Made by a program: the position numbers and the translations under genes
The notes under the pieces: generated by a model
Database searches by the model: none
Seen by the model: only the letters and a program-made list of their open reading frames with translations
Told to the model about the DNA's origin: nothing
Part shown: in pieces, positions 57,015 through 64,000 of the stretch
How positions within the stretch are numbered: the first letter of the stretch is position 1
How the letters are laid out: each line of letters opens with the position of its first letter
Assembly (NCBI GenBank): GCA_964106645.2
Contig: OZ067045.1
DNA length: 64,000 bases
Direction: 5' to 3' (one strand)
Source: Podarcis pityusensis
Taxonomy: Eukaryota

Positions 57015-57180
57015 GTCAGAGCATTGGTCCATCTGGCTTAGTATTGTCCATGCTAATTGGCATGACTCCCCAGGATTTCAGATGGGGGATCTTTCCAAGA
57101 CCTACCTGGAGATGGCAGGGATTGGACTTGGGACCTTCTGCATGCAAACTGTTTGCTCTGCTGCTGAGCTACAGCCCTTT
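57015..57180 (-). mobile_element. tRNA-derived squamate SINE copy
   Basis: cctacctggagatggcagggattggacttgggaccttctgcatgcaaac...ctgagctacagccc. Confidence 0.65.
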
Positions 57181-60100
57181 GCAGCTGGTATAAGGAAATC
57201 ATGCCTGACTTTTTGGGGGAAACAGTTGATTGCATCACTGAGGCCACCAGGCTCAGAAGTCTCAACTTATTTTTAGTTGCTGCAGTGTCTACTCTTAAGG
57301 CATGTAAAAGAGTACACTTCATTCCTGGGACGACGCTCTGAGGGTTGCCTCAGTGCCACAGAACTATGTTATCTGTTGACTTTCATTTTGTAGAAATGGT
57401 GGTTGGAAACTTATGAAAACCAATAGAGCTTGACAGGTTGACAGATTAAATACTAATATATAGAAGATTATTTAAATTGCAGGCCTATACACAATTTGTA
57501 TAGGAAATAGAATTGTTGTTGCTACATGTTAGCCTGTAAAGAGCTTGGCAGGAGATTAGTTAAAGTACCAGATTACTGAAAATCCAACTACCTAGGGACA
57601 TACTTATTTCTTTTCTCTTTCCCCCTCTTTCCTGTCAGCTGCAGGACTTCTAATAATCAGGTCTGCTGGCCTCTTTCTTGACAATGCCACAACTCCCTTG
57701 CATAGGCTTTTAAGGAAACGAATAGGCAAGTCCTGCAAGGCAGAAAGCAAGTACTTTTTGACTGCTGCATGGAACATGCAACACAGTTGTGGTCATGAAA
57801 TACTGGAAGCGTGGCAGGAATAACAGTCTCCATTAAGAGGAAGATGACAGCCCCTGCCATCATTTCACCTTGCAGAGTTGCATGAATAGCTGGAAATGCT
57901 TTTCACATCTTCACTTAGTAAGAAGGCTGGAAGGTGCTCAAAATGGGGTGGGATGCCACGCAAGTTCTTTTAAGATTGACATACCACTCTTCCATTTCTG
58001 TTCAGGCAGACATTCTTGAGTCTAGCCTAACCATCCCACATCATCATTTCCCTCACACTTTGAAAACTGCATCCCTAACAGGGTGGTTCATACCTAGGAA
58101 GCTGCCTCATACCAGGCAAGATTGTCCATCTCACCCAACAGCGTCTCCTCTGCCTGGCAGTGGCTTTGTGGTTCTCTCTGACACAGGGTCTTTCCCCTCT
58201 CCTGTCACCTGCTTGTACTCTTAACTGCAGATGCCAAGGATGGAACATAAGACCTTCTGCATGCAAAGCATGAACCCTGAACTATGATCGCTCCACGCGT
58301 GCTTTGGTAACCTTGAGGCTTATGTGCCATCCAGATAGATCAATATGGCTTGGGAAGCTGCAAAGGCAGCGTAAGTCAGGGAGGAGGACCTATGACCCAG
58401 TAGATACTGTTAGACTGTACCTGCCATTATCCCCAAGCATTGGTCATGCTGGCTGGCATCAATGAGAGTTGGGAGTCTCATAACTTCTAGAGGACCACGG
58501 GTTCTGACCCCTGCCACGTAAAATATCAGCTCTTCTGCAGAACCAGGTGAGCCTTTGAGAGGACTTGATGTCCATTTCTTCTGGTGTGAACCAATATCCT
58601 TCAGGGTGCATTCTGCAGGCACTACTAGCCATGTTTCCTCCACAGTTGGGAGGCAGGAATTCTTCTGAATATCATCTGCTGGGAACCAGAGGGAGGGAGA
58701 GTGCTCTTCTGTTCAGGTTCTGCTTGCAGGTTCCCCTCAGACAATCTGGGTGGCCAGTGTGAGGACAGGATGCTGTTCTGGGTGGGTCATTGCCCTGCTC
58801 CAATAGGTCTCTTCTTACAGTTCTCTCTTTGTCCTGCAGTAGTCACCTGAGTCAAAGAGAAAATCCATCTGTCCAAGGACTTAAGTCACACCTTCAGTTT
58901 CTTGCACCAGAGTCTGGTCTGAAATGAACCAGAAATTGTGGTTTGGGTGAGTGAAATACTTTTGAGCCAGGCTGTGTGTTGAAAACCACATTTTTATTCT
59001 GCACAGCACACCAAGGGAGTAAATAGCACGTTACAGGCAAAGGAAATAGTCTAAATTGGCCTGAAAAATGCCATCAAATGATAGCATATCCTACTGAGAG
59101 TGGCTGGGATTTAGATGAATGGATAAGAAGCAGTAATTAACACTGAGCAATGCCTTGATGCATTTTGAGCAGCAGGAGATTGGGGGAGGGATATCCATTT
59201 CTGCCTTTTCCCCATAGTCTTGTTTGGTACACTGAAAAAGCACACGATGCTCAGCAACACTATTCGCTCAGTTTTCTGGAAGTGGGTTGTTACATTTGGA
59301 CGAGCTTTATTGCCTGTACAGGTGAAAAATATTCACAAAGGACTATTCAACACCTGTGAGCTATGATAGGTAAAACCATGTGAACTTGCCCCATTATTTA
59401 AGGATGGGCATGCCACGTCTCAAAAGGTAAGTTCCATGGAAAGCCATATTCTTCCAGTACGTATATGAATTGGCATCAAACATTGGAAGCATCTTCCTGG
59501 TTAACCAACTGTGGTACAGCACTGATCCCAACAAGACAGAATTTCCTCTTTAAAACAAAAAAACGGCTTCCACATATGCAAAGATTTAAGAATATGCATT
59601 GCCCTAAACTTGCTTTGCAAGGTAAGTGAAAACAACTTGATCTTGACCTTTTCTGTTGGCTCTGATCCATGATTCAGAAACAACTACAACTCTCCCATTT
59701 CTTGAAGACCACAGTCTGAGAATTGTGGAGGTAAGAATAATGTTGCAGGATTTACAGAGAGATGGCTAAATAATTTCTAGTATCCTCTCAACCTCAAAGG
59801 AAAGTGGGAGCAAGTTCTTGAGCTTTTTATCATTAGAAACTATGAAGAATGACCGGCTTGACGTGAAGACCACACAAGCTCTTTATCTTTGTGTTTCTTT
59901 TGAAACTCGTATTGAAAAAGCATTTGGGGAAAATCTGGGTATATATGGTCTCCTATGAAAACGTTGGTCTCCACTGTAGCTTAATACATGCTTGAAAAAT
60001 TGGACTTAGGAACTTCTGGAAATGTTATTTGGTGCCCTGCCAAGCACTTTTCAATCTCCATTACCCGTCTCTCAGTACACTTGTTCATTCCCTCCCCGTG

Positions 60101-61492
60101 GACAGATGATCTTCCATTTTCTGATTCCCCCCCTCCCCGAACAAATGAAGCGTAGAAGAAGAGAGATATAACGTTATGAGGAAAGTCAGAGAGATGAGGG
60201 GAATTTATGAATAATCTAAGGAACACTCGTAACTTGGAGATGTCCTTTTTTTGTAGAGCCGAGGGAGCAGGGTAAGGTTCTTTGGGCTTCACATGTTGGC
60301 AGAACGAAATCTAACTTTAGAATTTTTAAGTCCGCAGTCCCTTTTCGCTCACTGCACAGCATTTACTCAGAATAGCTAAGTAGAAATGCAGACTCGAGAT
60401 AAGAAGATTGAAATGTACTGCAGAGGCAGAGCCTTCTTCACTTTCGATATTAGTGGTTTAGCAGAAAAATAAACCACACCAGCATCTGAGCTAGTCAAAA
60501 GAAAATGATTTTTTAAAAAGGACTGATTAGTGTGTAGCAAATCATACCATAACACCATTGCTCCTAACGGAAGGGTTTCTCCCACATGCATTTCAAAGGC
60601 ATTTATCCTCCACCAGACAATTTTTGTTTTTTGCAGAAGCAATGGCCGACACTGGGGCGTTATTCTCTATGACGGTTTGTCAGACGGCAGAATCTGGGCT
60701 CTGCTATTCAATTAAGGAAAAATAAACAGACACGTGCAACCAAGCTTTCCTTTGACATGGCTTGTTGACAAATTTGTGGCTACATTATTTCAAGCTTTAC
60801 AAGAAGCTTGGTTTTTTTGGGTGGGGGGACATGAATCAGGGCAATTAGGACAGGGCTCTGAAAAAGAAAAGGCAGTCCAAGGCTATTCCAGGGATAGAGG
60901 CAGTGTAGACATAATACTGGTTTTGAATCCTACCCCATGTAAGAACCATGCAGTGGGGAAGGGCTTTAGCTCAGTGAGGTCTCATCCATGTTTCCTCTTG
61001 TCCTGTGTTTTCTTCTGCTTGTCCTGTTCTTTCTAGGGAAAGTAGCGGGGCAAATGAAAAACATCTCAGACCTGTGCTTAGAAAGCACAGGATAAGTGTG
61101 GACAATAATAATAATAATAAATTTTATTATTTATACCCCGCCCATCTGGCTGGGTTTCCCCAGCCATTCTGGGCTGCTTACAACGTTATCTAAAAACACC
61201 AACTCAGAGGGCATCTGCTTTGCATGTGAAATGTTCCACATTCAACCCCAGGAACCTCCAGATCGGGCTGAGAACGTCCCTTGCATGAATAGGTTTGAAT
61301 TAGTGTAAGGCAGCTTCTTAGTTCCCTCTCTCGTTGAAAACTAGCAAAGCAAGAAGAAAGGGTCTAGCCAGCTCTCTGTCTCCTCCTCTCATTTTTTTAC
61401 CTGTATGAAGTAGTTAAGGTTCGGGAGGGGGGTTACATGGGGGACACAGACGGTATCTGCCATCTGATGTGGTACAATCAACTTTAGCACCT

Positions 61493-61692
61493 TAAATAGG
61501 TACCGCTCCAGTGGGAAGGTAAACGGCATTTCCATGCACTGCTCCGGTTCACCAGAAGCGGCTTGGTCATGCTGGCCACATGACCCGGAAGCTGAACGCC
61601 GGCTCCCTCGGCCAAAAAAGCGAGATGAGCACTGCAACCCCAGAGTCGGCCACGACTGGACCTAATGGTCAGGGGTCCCTTTACCTTTACCT
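61493..61692 (+). mobile_element. 5'-truncated Sauria SINE
   Basis: aaataggtaccgctcc..gggaaggtaaacggc...gctggccacatgacccggaag...tail ctttacctttacct. Confidence 0.88.
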
Positions 61693-62954
61693 ATGCTCCA
61701 CAAGCAGGACGTGCAAACAGATGTTGCGCTACGCTGCAGCCTTCCTCTCTAAGGGAAGTCTGCCTATCTTGGATGCCAGCCAGCCATTCCACCTTACCTT
61801 GCCTCCCACCACACCCTGTCCTCTTCATCTTCCAAGCAGACAACATTCTGTGGCCACTGAGCATATTTAGCCCTCATTGTGCCTCCCTCCCTCATTACGT
61901 TTTTTCACCCTCCTCAAAAAAGAAAAGAAAAAATGATTTTGTACTTCTGCAAATCTAGGGGTGCTTATGAAGTGGGAAGAAAATGCCCCATTGCAAAGGT
62001 AAGTCCAGAGGTAATAGACCAAGCAGCTAGCAAGAAGTCCACAACTGGTTTCATGTTACACAATATTGTATCTGTCAAATATGCCATCTCCTGCTACAAC
62101 AATATTTGGTTGTTTATGGCTGTCCTTACTTTGAAGTCTTTGGAACCACACATGGAACAACAACTCTGGGGAACAATTTCTCATCTGGACTGTTTCAGTG
62201 GCAAAAACCATGTCTTATGAAGGTAAAAAACCCACAAAAAACTAATTTCAGTGTGTCATGTCCAGGTGCAAGGTGGTGTTCCCTCCGAATCTGGGGAAGG
62301 GCACACAGGAATTTAACCAAGTAACAGGCACGGGCTTCTGGGAGTATTGAAAACAAGTCACACACACCCAAGTTAAAAGACTGTTATTGCCAAATCCATA
62401 GCATGGCTCTTCTAGTAATTTTGAAAGGAAAGAAGCTTCATTCCAACTTGGTACACTGATTAAAAACCACAAAGTACAGATTTTACAACTTATTGCAAGA
62501 GGTGCACATGACTCAGGCCAGGTATCAGCCCCTGCAAAGTGTTGAGACAGTCTCCTGCTTCCAACTATGAAGATGGAAAAAGCTATAGGGACAAAGCACC
62601 TGTTCTTGCAACCAATACAGATGTTGTTTCTTTACATTTTTATCTTTCTGCAATGGTTCTTTGGTTGCCTCCCACTCTAAGTTTAATTCTGTCCTTTCTT
62701 TCTCAACCTTTAAAAGACAATGATCTATGTATATTATGTCTTTTTCTTTGGGGGGGGGTGTCCAAAGAAACAGCCAATCCAAAATCAAAGCCCTTTTTGG
62801 GCTACCTGGTCTCCATCTTAGCCGTGCCTTTAAAGTATCTCAGTAGAGATTGACTTTATCAAGTGTTAAAAGTACCTTTACCCGCCCCGCCCCCCAAAAA
62901 CCCCAGAACACCACAAGGGACCTTCAAGCATTGTGCAAAGATGAGTTCAGCAGC

Positions 62955-63374
62955 CTAACCATCATCGGACTCTGCTTGAGAATAGAGTTTGCTGAGATTT
63001 TCAAACTTCGGCCCCCACTCTTTCATATCCCCGTAGGCTGTATCTTCCTCCCATCCACCGGAGCCCAGGGAACTTAGGCTGCTGGCTTCTGAACACTCTC
63101 CTTCCGTGTAAAAGACTTGCAAGGAATCGCAGGGCAGGGCGTGGTGCAGCTGGTCCATGTTTCTAACCACCCCTGAAAGGTAGCATCCAAAGTCGATGCT
63201 GGAGAAGGAGGAGCCCAGTCCTGTGGAAAGGGCTTCCAGCTGCTCCTTTGGACTGGCTGGGAGGTCGCAACTCACGGGACTCTGCAGCTCTGCCCGCTTT
63301 CCTTTCTTCTTGTAAAGGGAGTAGGCTGGGCTGGTTTGAAGGGACATCTGGAGCTCCGCCATGTTGTAAGCATC
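62955..63374 (-). CDS. Last coding exon of a classical-cadherin-like gene (cytoplasmic, beta-catenin-binding Cadherin_C domain); the rest of the gene lies beyond the window
   Basis: Minus-strand acceptor cttcctcctgcag|GAT. Encodes DAYNMAEL...ALPCDSLQVFYTEGECSEASSLSSL...DMKEWGPKFENLSKLY, matching the cadherin tail consensus PxDSLxxxxxEGxxSxAxSLSSL...WGPxFxxLxxLY. Confidence 0.88.
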   Translation of the reverse strand, partial: DAYNMAELQMSLQTSPAYSLYKKKGKRAELQSPVSCDLPASPKEQLEALSTGLGSSFSSIDFGCYLSGVVRNMDQLHHALPCDSLQVFYTEGECSEASSLSSLGSGGWEEDTAYGDMKEWGPKFENLSKLYSQAESDDG

Positions 63375-63565
63375 CTGCAGGAGGAAGACATCAACAGCAG
63401 CGTCGGACATTTAAGTCGCATGCACCCAGCCACAAACTTATGGATTCATTCTCTGTTCCTGGAAAGGTGTTACAACATGGGGTGAGGGAAGATGCATGCT
63501 GGCCTCAGCCCCAGGGACCATCCTGCACACCGGCCCCATTTGCTGCACCCTCAAGCTTCTTCTAT

Positions 63566-63926
63566 GGGACGCAGGTGGCGCTGTGGTCTAAACCACTGAG
63601 CCTAGGGCTTGCCGATCAGAAGGTCAGCGGTTTGAATCCCTGTGGTGGGCTAAGCTCCCGTTGCTCGGTCCCTGTTCCTGCCAACTTAGCAGTTCGAAAG
63701 CACGTCAAAGTGCAAGTAGATAAATAGGTACCGCTCTGGCGGGAAGGTAAACGGCGTTCTGTGTGCTGCTCTGGTTCGCCAGAAGCTGCTTAGTCATGCT
63801 GGCCACATGACCCGGAAGCTGTCTGCGGACAAACGCTGGCTCCCTCAGCCACTAAAGCGAGATGAGCACTGCAACCCCAGAGTCGTCCACGACTGGACCT
63901 AATGGTCACGGGTACCTTTACCTTTA
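63566..63926 (+). mobile_element. Full-length Sauria SINE (lacertid type)
   Basis: Head gggacgcaggtggcgctgtggtctaaacc, body matching the 61493 copy, (ACCTTT)n tail; 10-bp direct repeat caagcttctt at 63552-63561 and 63927-63936. Confidence 0.92.
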
Positions 63927-64000
63927 CAAGCTTCTTGCAGTGAGCGGGGAAGGAGGCTTTGATTGTTAAACCACTCTGGGAACTGTAGCTCTGTGTGGGG

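Noticed and set aside
50000-62900. Numerous 60-140 aa ORFs in the UTR and intergenic region
   Set aside because: No domains, often non-ATG starts, many overlap repeats; consistent with random ORFs.

Overview
Eukaryotic (vertebrate) genomic DNA, almost certainly from a squamate reptile. A Sauria SINE and a Squam3-like SINE point to a lacertid lizard. The window holds three genes. (1) The complete coding part of ZNF507 (+ strand, 6 coding exons, 71-7983, ~973 aa), with a ~3.7 kb 3'UTR. (2) The complete C-mannosyltransferase gene DPY19L3 (+ strand), with a CpG-island first exon near 15.2 kb and 18 coding exons at 17983-49729 (~716-726 aa). (3) The terminal coding exon of a convergent classical-cadherin-like gene (- strand, 62955-63374). 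Introns and intergenic DNA carry SINEs, Tigger-like and hAT MITEs, a young 5'-truncated L1 and microsatellites. I found no prokaryote-type system. The most notable items are: an extra symmetric zinc-finger exon in ZNF507 whose tandem 5' splice site chooses between an extra finger and a stop codon; a cadherin gene at a position where I recall none in human; and splice-dependent uORFs in the DPY19L3 leader. Exon boundaries were read by hand from GT/AG sites and reading-frame continuity. Comparisons with human proteins and exon sizes are from memory, not from an alignment.
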